Below, one piece after another: positions 16,607-24,965 of a DNA stretch of 34,821 nucleotides (positions within the stretch are counted from its first letter, which is position 1; the number at the start of each line of letters is the position of its first letter). The notes beneath the pieces are model-generated. The model worked only from the letters and a program-made list of their open reading frames with translations, searched no databases and was not told the DNA's origin. Origin of the DNA: a virus (lineage: Duplodnaviria; Caudoviricetes); IMG/VR virus record IMGVR_UViG_3300020044_002018, positions 1 to 34,821 of that record; one strand, given 5' to 3'. Both the position numbers and the translations under genes were made by a program.

Positions 16607-16679
16607 CGGGGAAAGCGGATGCTGGTGTGCCGCCCTGCATATAGCGGGTAGCATTGCAGCCAGACGCAGCGAGTACCCG
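16607..16679 (+). ncRNA. Candidate structured RNA hairpin with a bulged-G (loop E) motif
   Basis: CGGG/CCCG closing stem; GAAA opposite GAGUA; stacked GC/GC, UGC/GCA, CUGG/CCAG, GUGC/GCAU and GCCC/GGGU stems; extended -10 TGaTATATT at 16592-16600. Confidence 0.55.
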
Positions 16680-16703
16680 ACTAATAATCCTTAAAGGAGC
16701 CAT

Positions 16704-16850
16704 ATGAAATATCTCATCGCACTCTGGCTGGCAGCTACCGCAACTATGAGCTACGCAGCCTGCACCTACAATACCTATTGCAGCGGCGGACAATGCGTCT
16801 ACTGCACTACCTGCTGCTACGGCGGTAACTGCAATACCACTTGTAATTGA
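16704..16850 (+). CDS. Secreted 8-cysteine mini-protein, 48 aa
   Basis: Hand-translated MKYLIALWLAATATMSYA-ACTYNTYCSGGQCVYCTTCCYGGNCNTTCN; AAGGAG SD; Sec-type signal peptide. Confidence 0.85.
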   Translation: MKYLIALWLAATATMSYAACTYNTYCSGGQCVYCTTCCYGGNCNTTCN

Positions 16851-16858
16851 TACAGACA

Positions 16859-17016
16859 GCCGGGATAGACCGGCACTAAGACGCAAGGGCAGGCCATAGG
16901 GCGATAGTGGCATATTGCACACAGCCAACTGGGAATGCAACCTGCCCTTCCGTGTTGGTTTGAATGCGCTTGTGGGTAATGACCGAAGGACAACCGTTCG
17001 GGGCTAAGAACCAACA
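16859..17016 (+). ncRNA. Three consecutive structured RNA domains (strand uncertain)
   Basis: GCCGG-GATAGA-CCGGC; AAGGGCAGG/CCTGCCCTT enclosing two sub-hairpins; TGTTGGTT/AACCAACA enclosing CCGAA/TTCGG. Confidence 0.45.
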
Positions 17017-17034
17017 ACCTATAAAGAGGACAGT

Positions 17035-17451
17035 ATGGACAAAGACTTTGGATTTATCCGCTTACCAAAAGGTATTGAGATGAGAAAGCCTTATGCCAGC
17101 GAACTTAAATATTTTAAAAAGAACGCTAATGTGGCAGGAATGGCGACAGAAGATAACCGGGTTATTTTAAACCCCTATTCCAATCTGAATCCAGATCAAT
17201 ACCAATCCGTTGCCGTCAATGAGGCAAGCCGCATTATGATGCGTCAACCTGAGTTCAAGCCTGACTTCGAATTGACTAACCAACAAAAAAGTTTTCTTGA
17301 CACGACAACCTATCGCAATGCCACAGAAGATGAGCGCCGGGCGACAATCGCAGCCAGAATATTATCTGGCGACTCCTCCGCTGGAGTTGCAACGTCTGAA
17401 CAAAATATGTTTGTTGATCGATTAAAGAGCGCGTTTCAAGCTAATCAGTAA
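17035..17451 (+). CDS. Hypothetical protein
   Basis: 138-aa ORF with GAGGA SD, coupled to terminase small subunit (TAATG). Confidence 0.8.
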   Translation: MDKDFGFIRLPKGIEMRKPYASELKYFKKNANVAGMATEDNRVILNPYSNLNPDQYQSVAVNEASRIMMRQPEFKPDFELTNQQKSFLDTTTYRNATEDERRATIAARILSGDSSAGVATSEQNMFVDRLKSAFQANQ

Positions 17452-17906
17452 TGGCCGTCACCAAACAAATACCATCACTAAAGCAGTGGGGCGGTGTCCA
17501 AAACGTCCAGAAGCGTCTGGGCGGATCCGCTACCATTGCCAAGAACAGGGAAGCTGTCGCTTACTCCCTGCTGACTATCGCCAACACCAAACTCACCGAC
17601 ATCATGGAGTGGGATGAGACCGGCAATATTAAAGTCAAAGCCAGCAAAGACATCCCTGAACACGCACTGCAGGCCATTAAGTCCATCAAAGTCAACGAGC
17701 GTTACGACAAAGAAGGCGGCTGTGTGCGTACTCTGGACATAGAACTGTACGATAAAGTCGGCGTTCTACGCATCTTAGCTAAAGCCTCGGGACTGCTGGA
17801 TACTGCCGAGGAGTCAGATAAACCGAGCGTTATCGGCATTAATGTCAAAGCGCCTGAGATCATCGATGTGGAGGATGTTCGTGAAGACCAAAGAGCAGAG
17901 CAGTAA
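17451..17906 (+). CDS. Terminase small subunit
   Basis: Directly upstream of TerL; TDIMEWD..G.I.VK.S..IP...IKSIK...IELYDK...L..LAK..GLL pattern. Confidence 0.75.
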   Translation: MAVTKQIPSLKQWGGVQNVQKRLGGSATIAKNREAVAYSLLTIANTKLTDIMEWDETGNIKVKASKDIPEHALQAIKSIKVNERYDKEGGCVRTLDIELYDKVGVLRILAKASGLLDTAEESDKPSVIGINVKAPEIIDVEDVREDQRAEQ

Positions 17907-19434
17907 AGAACTCCCCATCACAGGATTAAATCTCGACTTTTCCACCAGCCCAATGGCGTGGAAGTTTCTGCAATCTAACGCTTTCGTTCGTGGCATCATG
18001 GGGCCAGTAGGATCAGGTAAGTCATACGCCTGCTGTGCTGAGATCATGATGAAGGCTGTGCAGCAAAAGCCTAGTCCTATTGACGGCATCAAGTACAGCC
18101 GCTTTGCGATTGTGCGAAACAGTTACCCAATGCTAAAGACCACGACGATTAAGACGTGGCTTGATCTGTTCCCAGAGAATACCTTTGGCCCCCTGCTATG
18201 GACACCACCGATTACCCACCACATCAAGCTGCCAGCAAGAGATGGTGCTGCCGGGATCGACTGCGAGGTGATCTTTCTTGCACTGGATCAGCCAAAGGAT
18301 GTGAGAAAGCTGCTCTCATTGGAGTTGACAGGTGCATGGGTCAACGAAGCACGGGAACTACCCAAGGCAGTGATCGACGGATTGACACACCGAGTCGGAC
18401 GATACCCGACTAAAAGGGACGGCGGTGCTACTTGGCACGGCATTATTCTTGATACTAACCCAATGGATGATGACCATTGGTGGTTTAAGTTGGCAGAAAA
18501 GGAGAAGATGAGTGGGGCGTTTAAGTGGGAATTCTTCAGACAGCCCGGAGGAGTCATCGAGGCTGATCTTGCAGAACTTCCAGAAAATCCTGAGGCTAAC
18601 GATTGCATCTATAGCGCAGGAAGATGGTGGCAAAAGAATCCTAAAGCTGAAAACATCAGCAACCTCCCCGCTGGATACTACCAGCAAATGCTCCTCGGGA
18701 AAAACCTAGACTGGATCCGCTGCTACGCTGAAGGTAAATACACCTACGTCCAAGAAGGTAGACCCGTCTGGCCTGAGTACGACGATAATATGATGTCAGC
18801 CGACTTGGATTACGACCCAAGTCTGCCCATCCAGATCGGCCTCGACTTCGGTTTGACCCCAGCCGCCGTCATTGGACAGAAAACCTCCTCTGGCACATGG
18901 AAAGTTCTCCATGAGATCGTCACTTTTGACATGGGTCTGGAGCGTTTCGGCCAGCAACTACTAGGGGAACTGAACGCTAGATACCCCAAAGCACAGGTTT
19001 TCGTCTGGGGCGACCCCGCCGGTATGCAGCGAGACGGAATCTACGAAGTCACCGCCTTCGATCACCTGCGAACACTGGGGTTGCGCGCCCAGCCCACCCC
19101 AAGTAACGACTTTAAGGTACGCCGGGAAGCAGCCGCCGCCCCAATGCAGCGCCTAATCCAAGGTAAACCCGGCCTGATTGTGGATAAATCCTGCAAGCTC
19201 CTGCGTAAATCCTTGGCTGGCGGCTACCACTTCAAGCGCGTAGCTGTTGGCGCAGGGCAGGAACGCTTCCGGGACGCACCCAACAAGAACGAACACTCCC
19301 ACGTCGGCGATGCCTTCGGCTACCTGCTGCTGGGAGGGGGTGAGCACCGCAGGATGACCAAGAATCCCATGAGTTCCGGTGGTCATTTTATCCAGCAAAC
19401 CGTAGCCAACACGGACTTCGACATCTTTGCCTAA
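17881..19434 (+). CDS. terL: Terminase large subunit
   Basis: Walker A GPVGSGKS, Walker B AWVNEARE, coupling motif DTNP, nuclease GLDFG, GDPAG, SHVGDA; GTG 17881 with GGAGGA SD. Confidence 0.95.
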   Translation: MKTKEQSSKELPITGLNLDFSTSPMAWKFLQSNAFVRGIMGPVGSGKSYACCAEIMMKAVQQKPSPIDGIKYSRFAIVRNSYPMLKTTTIKTWLDLFPENTFGPLLWTPPITHHIKLPARDGAAGIDCEVIFLALDQPKDVRKLLSLELTGAWVNEARELPKAVIDGLTHRVGRYPTKRDGGATWHGIILDTNPMDDDHWWFKLAEKEKMSGAFKWEFFRQPGGVIEADLAELPENPEANDCIYSAGRWWQKNPKAENISNLPAGYYQQMLLGKNLDWIRCYAEGKYTYVQEGRPVWPEYDDNMMSADLDYDPSLPIQIGLDFGLTPAAVIGQKTSSGTWKVLHEIVTFDMGLERFGQQLLGELNARYPKAQVFVWGDPAGMQRDGIYEVTAFDHLRTLGLRAQPTPSNDFKVRREAAAAPMQRLIQGKPGLIVDKSCKLLRKSLAGGYHFKRVAVGAGQERFRDAPNKNEHSHVGDAFGYLLLGGGEHRRMTKNPMSSGGHFIQQTVANTDFDIFA

Positions 19435-19439
19435 GATTT

Positions 19440-19492
19440 TGCTATCACTAAGATAGCATGGGGCTTGCATAGCCGGGTAAAAAGCATACAAT
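19440..19492 (+). promoter_or_regulatory. Promoter for the head genes with an upstream palindrome
   Basis: TTGCAT-N16-TACAAT (19465-19492); TGCTATC-ACTAA-GATAGCA at 19440-19458. Confidence 0.7.
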
Positions 19493-19520
19493 TCCCTGAA
19501 GGTTTTGTTAAGGAGGATAT

Positions 19521-19913
19521 ATGTCGTTTTGGATTTCAATGGCCGTCTTGGCAGGCACAGCTTATCAAGCCGATGTCGCTAGAAGAAATGCGAAAGACGC
19601 TGAACGAGCAGCGCAAAGAGAAGCGAAAATAGTACAAGAGCAAACCGAGCAGCAGATTGCTATTCAGCAGGAGCAGTCAAACATAGCAAAAGAACGTCTT
19701 GAGGCTGAAACTGCAAAGTACGCTGAACAAAAAGCCACAATGGAAGCTGAAGCGGCGAGGATTAGCAAAGAACTTGAGGATGAACGTCGTCGTATGGGCG
19801 CAGAAGAGTCCTCAAAGATGAGAGCCAGAATTCGTGGCGGTCAACGTGCGTTGTTATCGAGTCAGCGCCTAAATCCAGAAACTGGATTGCTGGGCGCTGG
19901 CATGGAGATTTGA
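19521..19913 (+). CDS. Coiled-coil protein, probably virion-associated
   Basis: AGGAGG SD; hydrophobic N-terminus, coiled coil, RGGQRALLS tail; position between TerL and portal. Confidence 0.8.
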   Translation: MSFWISMAVLAGTAYQADVARRNAKDAERAAQREAKIVQEQTEQQIAIQQEQSNIAKERLEAETAKYAEQKATMEAEAARISKELEDERRRMGAEESSKMRARIRGGQRALLSSQRLNPETGLLGAGMEI

Positions 19914-19914
19914 T

Positions 19915-20544
19915 ATGGCGAAGAAACTTACCGCCGCCCAGCGCGATATTGCTCGGCTGTCGTCACAATATCAGTCTCAACTGTCGTCTTTAACGCCAGA
20001 GTATGAATCTGTTTTTGCAAGAAAAGAATCTGCATTAGAAGCTGGCGCACAAAAAACAAGTGAGTACACAAAAAAGCTAGAGGAATTTAATAAGCAACTA
20101 GCTGAGTATCAAAAAAACCCAAGACAAAATTTAACTTTTGGCCGTGGCGTTATGGCGAGTCCAGACGCTGGCCCGAACGTAAAAATTCAGTCAAACAAGC
20201 AATACGATTGGCGATCACAAACAATGTATCGCATACCTGAATTAAACAACGACTATTACACGCCCTATGCTCTTGAGCAACTAGGCTACGAAGTAAATGC
20301 TAATGCTGCTGGCACATTGGCTGAAGCATTCAAACGTAACGAAATGCCGAAGTTTACAGAAGAGGCGCCAGAGGGAGTTGACTTATCTGCGTTTGAAAAA
20401 GAAACCGCCGCCCTTGAAGAAAAGAAATCAACCTTTAAACAAGGCTTTGACAGAGAAGTCGCTGAACGTAAAAGCGGAAGGCTTGGCGCAATAAGCCAAA
20501 GGTCGCAATCACGCCCTATGTTATCAAAAGGAGTCACACTTTAA
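19915..20544 (+). CDS. Hypothetical protein
   Basis: 209-aa ORF in the operon. Confidence 0.8.
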   Translation: MAKKLTAAQRDIARLSSQYQSQLSSLTPEYESVFARKESALEAGAQKTSEYTKKLEEFNKQLAEYQKNPRQNLTFGRGVMASPDAGPNVKIQSNKQYDWRSQTMYRIPELNNDYYTPYALEQLGYEVNANAAGTLAEAFKRNEMPKFTEEAPEGVDLSAFEKETAALEEKKSTFKQGFDREVAERKSGRLGAISQRSQSRPMLSKGVTL

Positions 20545-20699
20545 TGGACAAGTTTGATAAAAAAGTAAAAAAGGTGATGCGTGAATACAAGTCTGGCTCA
20601 CTACATTCTGGCAAAGGTGGTCCGGTGGTTAAAGACCCTAAACAAGCTCAAGCGATTGCGCTTTCGGAAGCTCGTAAGGCCACTAAACAAAAGGCTTAA
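20544..20699 (+). CDS. 51-aa basic protein, DUF6496-like
   Basis: Hand-translated KVKKVMREYKSGSLHSGKGGPVVKDPKQAQAIALSEARK; TAATG coupling. Confidence 0.8.
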   Translation: MDKFDKKVKKVMREYKSGSLHSGKGGPVVKDPKQAQAIALSEARKATKQKA

Positions 20700-20702
20700 A
20701 TA

Positions 20703-20882
20703 ATGGAAATCAAGATCATCATCGGGGAAGAAGAAGACAAAGAAGAAGAGATGCCTATGCAGCGCACTCCTTTTCAGCGTAAGGCAGCAAAGCTCTTTGC
20801 AAAGATGGCTGGAAGAAGTAAGCCAAACGAAGAAGACATGAAGAAGGCTGCTGAGATAGAACACGAAAAAGAGGAAGATTAA
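20703..20882 (+). CDS. 59-aa highly charged protein
   Basis: Hand-translated MEIKIIIGEEEDKEEE...HEKEED; stop overlaps the next ATG. Confidence 0.7.
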   Translation: MEIKIIIGEEEDKEEEMPMQRTPFQRKAAKLFAKMAGRSKPNEEDMKKAAEIEHEKEED

Positions 20883-21469
20883 TGGCTGTCACTACAGTCA
20901 ATATTGAGTCTTTAAATACTAAATCACGTTTAGTATCGCTGGCTCAAAAAAACAAAGACGGGAACATGATCCTAGCTGGGTCAGATTCTCCATTGATTGT
21001 GGCTGACGTAAATCATGTACGGCTGCATGAAGGCAGGGCGTATTACGTTTATTACTTAAATGGTGATGCGAACCAGTTAGCAAATGACGCAAGTATTGAT
21101 ATTGCTGTTGCTTGGGCAAGTGGCATTACCCCGCATTTGGTGTTTGACGTTAATTGTGGTGGCGATGCTGAGTTTCAAATATATGAAGGAGCCGTTGTAA
21201 CTGGCGGAACACCCTTTACAGCAATCAATCGACATAGGTCTGTTGGCAGCACAAGTCAAAGCGCGGCGTTAATTAATCCGACAGTAACATCTACAGGCAC
21301 AGCATTAACTGGTGAGTTCCTTGCTGGTGGTTCCGGTGGTGGCGCTGGTGGAGCCGCTGCATTTTCGTTTCAATATGTACTTGCACCATTAACGACTTAC
21401 TTATTTCGCTTAACAAATAGAAGTGGGCAAAATCATATGGCCCATATGCTTATTGAATGGTATGAATAA
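20882..21469 (+). CDS. Hypothetical beta-rich protein, possibly structural
   Basis: 195-aa coupled ORF. Confidence 0.8.
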   Translation: MAVTTVNIESLNTKSRLVSLAQKNKDGNMILAGSDSPLIVADVNHVRLHEGRAYYVYYLNGDANQLANDASIDIAVAWASGITPHLVFDVNCGGDAEFQIYEGAVVTGGTPFTAINRHRSVGSTSQSAALINPTVTSTGTALTGEFLAGGSGGGAGGAAAFSFQYVLAPLTTYLFRLTNRSGQNHMAHMLIEWYE

Positions 21470-21972
21470 TGGCTGATTGGATAAAGGAATATCAAAGTTT
21501 TTCTTCCCAAGATTGGAAGCCCACCACTTTGAACTCTGGTGATGAGGCTAAATTCCGCACTTGGATTCAAGGAACTAAATTATTTAATTCAGTTAAGTCA
21601 GATATCGCTTCAGAAAACAAGGTTGACCCTGCAAAACTTGACAATAACAGAGTCATCGATATGTTGTCTGAACAGGGGGATTATGACTATCGCGGCGCAT
21701 GGAAGGCTGGCGTAAAAGAAGTTATCAGCAAACATGATGGAAAACCACATTGGCCTTCATCTGCCGGTGACAAAATGCTTAAATCTCCAAGCCATGAAAC
21801 AGCATGGAAAGAGTTTTTTATGCGCCAATACAAAAAAGATCCAGATGACCTTGGGTTATCAACTTTTGAACAGGCGAAGCAATGGACTGCTGAGAAACAG
21901 CCAGCCAAAAAGATTGCCCCAACACAACGTGGTGCTGAACGATCAATGCTCATGAAAGAAAGGCTGAAATAA
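21469..21972 (+). CDS. Hypothetical protein
   Basis: 167-aa coupled ORF; DYDYRGAWKAG...HWP...KSPSHETAW motif. Confidence 0.8.
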   Translation: MADWIKEYQSFSSQDWKPTTLNSGDEAKFRTWIQGTKLFNSVKSDIASENKVDPAKLDNNRVIDMLSEQGDYDYRGAWKAGVKEVISKHDGKPHWPSSAGDKMLKSPSHETAWKEFFMRQYKKDPDDLGLSTFEQAKQWTAEKQPAKKIAPTQRGAERSMLMKERLK

Positions 21973-23603
21973 TGGCTGAGATGTCCTACATGAAGGGTAC
22001 GCGCCGTAAGGTCTACCAAGGTAAGAAGATGTCGGTAGACGAAATCTTGCGTCGTTCCGAGAAAGCGCAGCGAGACAAGGATCTGTTCGAAAACTTGTAC
22101 ACCGATGCTTATGAGTTTGCTTTGCCACAGCGCCAGCTTTACGGCTACTACGACGGCAATTCCAAGGGCGCGAAGAAGATGTCGCGTGTCTTTGACTCAA
22201 CAGCCATCAACTCCACTCAACGGTTTGCCAATCGTCTTCAGTCTGGCATCTTCCCGCCACAGCGTAAGTGGTGCAGGCTAGAACCCGGCACCGATGTACC
22301 TGTTGAGCAGCGAGACCAAGCACAGGCCATCATGGATGTGTACATGGAGAAGATGTTTGCGGTCATTAAGCAGTCGAACTTTGACATCGCTATCGGTGAG
22401 TTTCTACTAGATCTGGCAGTTGGCACAGCTTGCATGATGGTGCAGCCGGGTGATGACATCTCGCCTATCAACTTTACACCTGTCCCAATGTTCCTCGTCT
22501 CGTATGAGGAAGGTGCAAACGGCACAGTAGACAAGATCTACCGTCGTATGCGTATGAAGGCAGAAGCGATCCAACAGCAGTGGAAAGACGCCATATTTTC
22601 TGACCACTTGCAGCAGATGTTCGACAGCAAACCAACGGATGACGTTGATCTGCTGGAGGCAACCGTCTATGACCCAGAGCGCGGTGACTGGTGCTACCAC
22701 GTTCTTGAGGTGAAGACCAAAGAGGAAATCGTCTACCGTCGTATGCTGTCCTCTCCTTGGGTCATCAGCCGCTACTCTAAGATTGCTGGTGAGGTCTACG
22801 GTCGCGGCCCATTGCTCACTGCAATGCCAGACATCAAGACGCTGAACAAAACCCTTGAGCTGCTGTTAAAAAACGCCTCCTTGGCTGTGGCTGGTGTCTA
22901 CACTGCTGCTGATGATGGTGTGTTAAATCCACAGACAGTCAAGATTGTGCCGGGTGCGGTAATCCCAGTGGCTCGTAACGGTGGCCCACAGGGTGAATCG
23001 CTCCGTGCCTTGCCTCGCGCGGGTGATTTTAACGTCAGCCAGATCGTCATTAACGACCTCCGCGCAAACATCAAACGTACTCTGCTGGATGAGTCACTGC
23101 CGCCAGACAATATGTCGGCACGTTCTGCCACTGAGGTGGTCGAGCGAATGAAAGAGTTGGCTCAAAACCTTGGCTCTGCCTTTGGTCGCTTGATTAACGA
23201 GACGATGATCCCGCTGGTTTCTCGTATCTTGCAGGTTATGGACGAGCGTGGTCTGGTCAATATGCCATTGAAGGTCAATGGTCTGGAGATCAAAGTCTCG
23301 CCTGTGGCTCCGCTGGCAATGGCGCAGAACATGGAGGAGATTAACAACATCGTCCAGTTCATGCAGCTTACCTCCACGATGGGTCAAGAGGGTATGTTGG
23401 CAGTTAAGACGGGCGAGTTGATTGATTACATTGGCGACAAGCTTGGCATACCGTCAGCGATTAGGAATACAGCAGCAGAACGTGGGTTCCTGATGGAGCG
23501 CCAACAGCAGATGATGTTACAACAGCAGGCTGCATTGGCAATGGCAGGACAGCAGCAGGCATTGATGGAAGGCCAGCCGCAAGGAGCGCCGGGTGGAATG
23601 TGA
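21972..23603 (+). CDS. Portal protein (head-tail connector, T7 gp8/BPP-1 type)
   Basis: 543 aa; FDSTA...A.RL.SG.FPP..KW, SNF, GEVYGRGP, SATEV.ER..E....LG..FGRL..E...PL. Confidence 0.95.
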   Translation: MAEMSYMKGTRRKVYQGKKMSVDEILRRSEKAQRDKDLFENLYTDAYEFALPQRQLYGYYDGNSKGAKKMSRVFDSTAINSTQRFANRLQSGIFPPQRKWCRLEPGTDVPVEQRDQAQAIMDVYMEKMFAVIKQSNFDIAIGEFLLDLAVGTACMMVQPGDDISPINFTPVPMFLVSYEEGANGTVDKIYRRMRMKAEAIQQQWKDAIFSDHLQQMFDSKPTDDVDLLEATVYDPERGDWCYHVLEVKTKEEIVYRRMLSSPWVISRYSKIAGEVYGRGPLLTAMPDIKTLNKTLELLLKNASLAVAGVYTAADDGVLNPQTVKIVPGAVIPVARNGGPQGESLRALPRAGDFNVSQIVINDLRANIKRTLLDESLPPDNMSARSATEVVERMKELAQNLGSAFGRLINETMIPLVSRILQVMDERGLVNMPLKVNGLEIKVSPVAPLAMAQNMEEINNIVQFMQLTSTMGQEGMLAVKTGELIDYIGDKLGIPSAIRNTAAERGFLMERQQQMMLQQQAALAMAGQQQALMEGQPQGAPGGM

Positions 23604-23913
23604 TCTGCGCCATCACTTCGCTGATGGGTTATACGGTAAGGAATACTTTTTGCCAAAAGGGTGGGCAGTACCACAGCACGTCCACTCTTATTCTCATCTA
23701 TCTATCTTGGCAAAAGGTGAAGTGGTTGTTGATATAGATGGGGAACAGAAGTTTTACAAGGCTCCTGCCTGCATAGAAATAGAAGCAGAGAAGTCGCACG
23801 TCATCATTACACAGACAGATACCATCTGGTATTGCATACACGCGACAGAGCAGGCAGAGGAGGAAGATGGAGTGATTGTGCCAAATAGGGAGGCTTATGG
23901 CAGGGTGGGATGA
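23593..23913 (+). CDS. Cupin-fold protein
   Basis: HHFADGLY...P.G...QHVHSYSHLSILAKG...KAP...H...DTIWYCIH metal-binding cupin pattern. Confidence 0.8.
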   Translation: MECDLRHHFADGLYGKEYFLPKGWAVPQHVHSYSHLSILAKGEVVVDIDGEQKFYKAPACIEIEAEKSHVIITQTDTIWYCIHATEQAEEEDGVIVPNREAYGRVG

Positions 23914-24151
23914 TTTGGAGGCAATGCAGGAAGCAATGGCACCTCCGCAGTCGAGTGATATGGATAAGCTGTGTCTGAGGGTATTTGGCACAGAAGAAGG
24001 GCAAAAGTTGCTCAAGTGGTTTCGAGAGATAACTATTGAGCAGCCATGCTGGGGGCCGGGGAGCGATCCATCCTACGGTTATTTTTTAGAGGGGCGATGC
24101 TCTTTAGTTAAAGAAGTTGAGTCCCGTATACATAGAGCGAGGAACCTTTGA
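23897..24151 (+). CDS. Bbp19-like small head protein
   Basis: VFGTEEGQKLLKW...F.EG..SLV.....RI motif; ATG 23897 with GGAGG SD; between portal and scaffold. Confidence 0.8.
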   Translation: MAGWDDLEAMQEAMAPPQSSDMDKLCLRVFGTEEGQKLLKWFREITIEQPCWGPGSDPSYGYFLEGRCSLVKEVESRIHRARNL

Positions 24152-24936
24152 GCGATAATGAAACGGCAGTCGAGCCTAGTGATTCAGCAGTAGAGTCTAC
24201 TGGCCTACTTGACAACGTAGAAGCCAGTGAAGACAAAGCTCCTGAAGACACCAAAGAAGCGGCAGTAGATCATCGTGCCGCAGAATCCATCCCCGATGAC
24301 GAGCCAGTTGACCGGCCTGACTGGTGGCCTGAAAACTTTTGGAACAAAGATAACAACGAACCAGACCTTGAGGGCATGGCTAAGTCTTGGAAAGACCTTC
24401 GCAAGATGGTATCCAAAGGCGCTCACAAAGCCCCACCAGAAGGCAAATACGATGTCTCCGCATTTGGCGAGAACGCAGAACAGCTTGAGTTTGTCCCGAT
24501 GTTCAAGGACTGGGCTGCGGAAAATGGCGTGTCACAAGCTGCATTTGATGACATTGCCACAAAGTTAAGAGGCATAGCTGAAAACGCAATAGGCGTTCCT
24601 GATGTTGACATCCAAGCGGAGCGTAAGGCTTTAGGGCCAAATGCTGATGCTGTCATCAATGGCATGGTCAACTGGGCTAGAGGCTTGGTCAATAAAGGCG
24701 TATGGTCATCTGAAGACTTTGAGGAGTTCAAGATCATGGGTGGTACAGCCCGTGGCATCAAGGCTCTATCAAAGATCCGCGAAGCTTATGAAGGCCGTAT
24801 TCCTACAGAGTCCCAGCCGATTGAAGGCCAAATGTCTGATCTTGAGTTGCAGGCTATGGTTGGCGATCCTAAGTATGAAACTGACCCAGCTTACCGCCAA
24901 AAAGTAGAACGCCTATTTCAGAAGCGATATGGTTAA
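24148..24936 (+). CDS. Capsid scaffolding protein
   Basis: Acidic; RPDWWPENFW...KSWKDL; C-terminal DPKY..DPAY..KV..LF; upstream of the capsid gene; TTG start. Confidence 0.85.
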   Translation: MSDNETAVEPSDSAVESTGLLDNVEASEDKAPEDTKEAAVDHRAAESIPDDEPVDRPDWWPENFWNKDNNEPDLEGMAKSWKDLRKMVSKGAHKAPPEGKYDVSAFGENAEQLEFVPMFKDWAAENGVSQAAFDDIATKLRGIAENAIGVPDVDIQAERKALGPNADAVINGMVNWARGLVNKGVWSSEDFEEFKIMGGTARGIKALSKIREAYEGRIPTESQPIEGQMSDLELQAMVGDPKYETDPAYRQKVERLFQKRYG

Positions 24937-24965
24937 ATAGGAGTCTCCACTCCTCCACGGAGTTT

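Noticed and set aside
16551-16940. 129-aa minus-strand ORF and neighbouring ORFs 16412-16654 and 16817-17017
   Set aside because: Shadow frames opposite the SD-bearing Cys-rich peptide gene and the RNA stems, with no protein-like motif
15815-17030. tRNA, tmRNA, CRISPR array or known riboswitch/ribozyme in the structured non-coding region
   Set aside because: No cloverleaf with T-loop and CCA, no repeat-spacer periodicity, and no match to a consensus I can recognise by eye; an Rfam search is still needed
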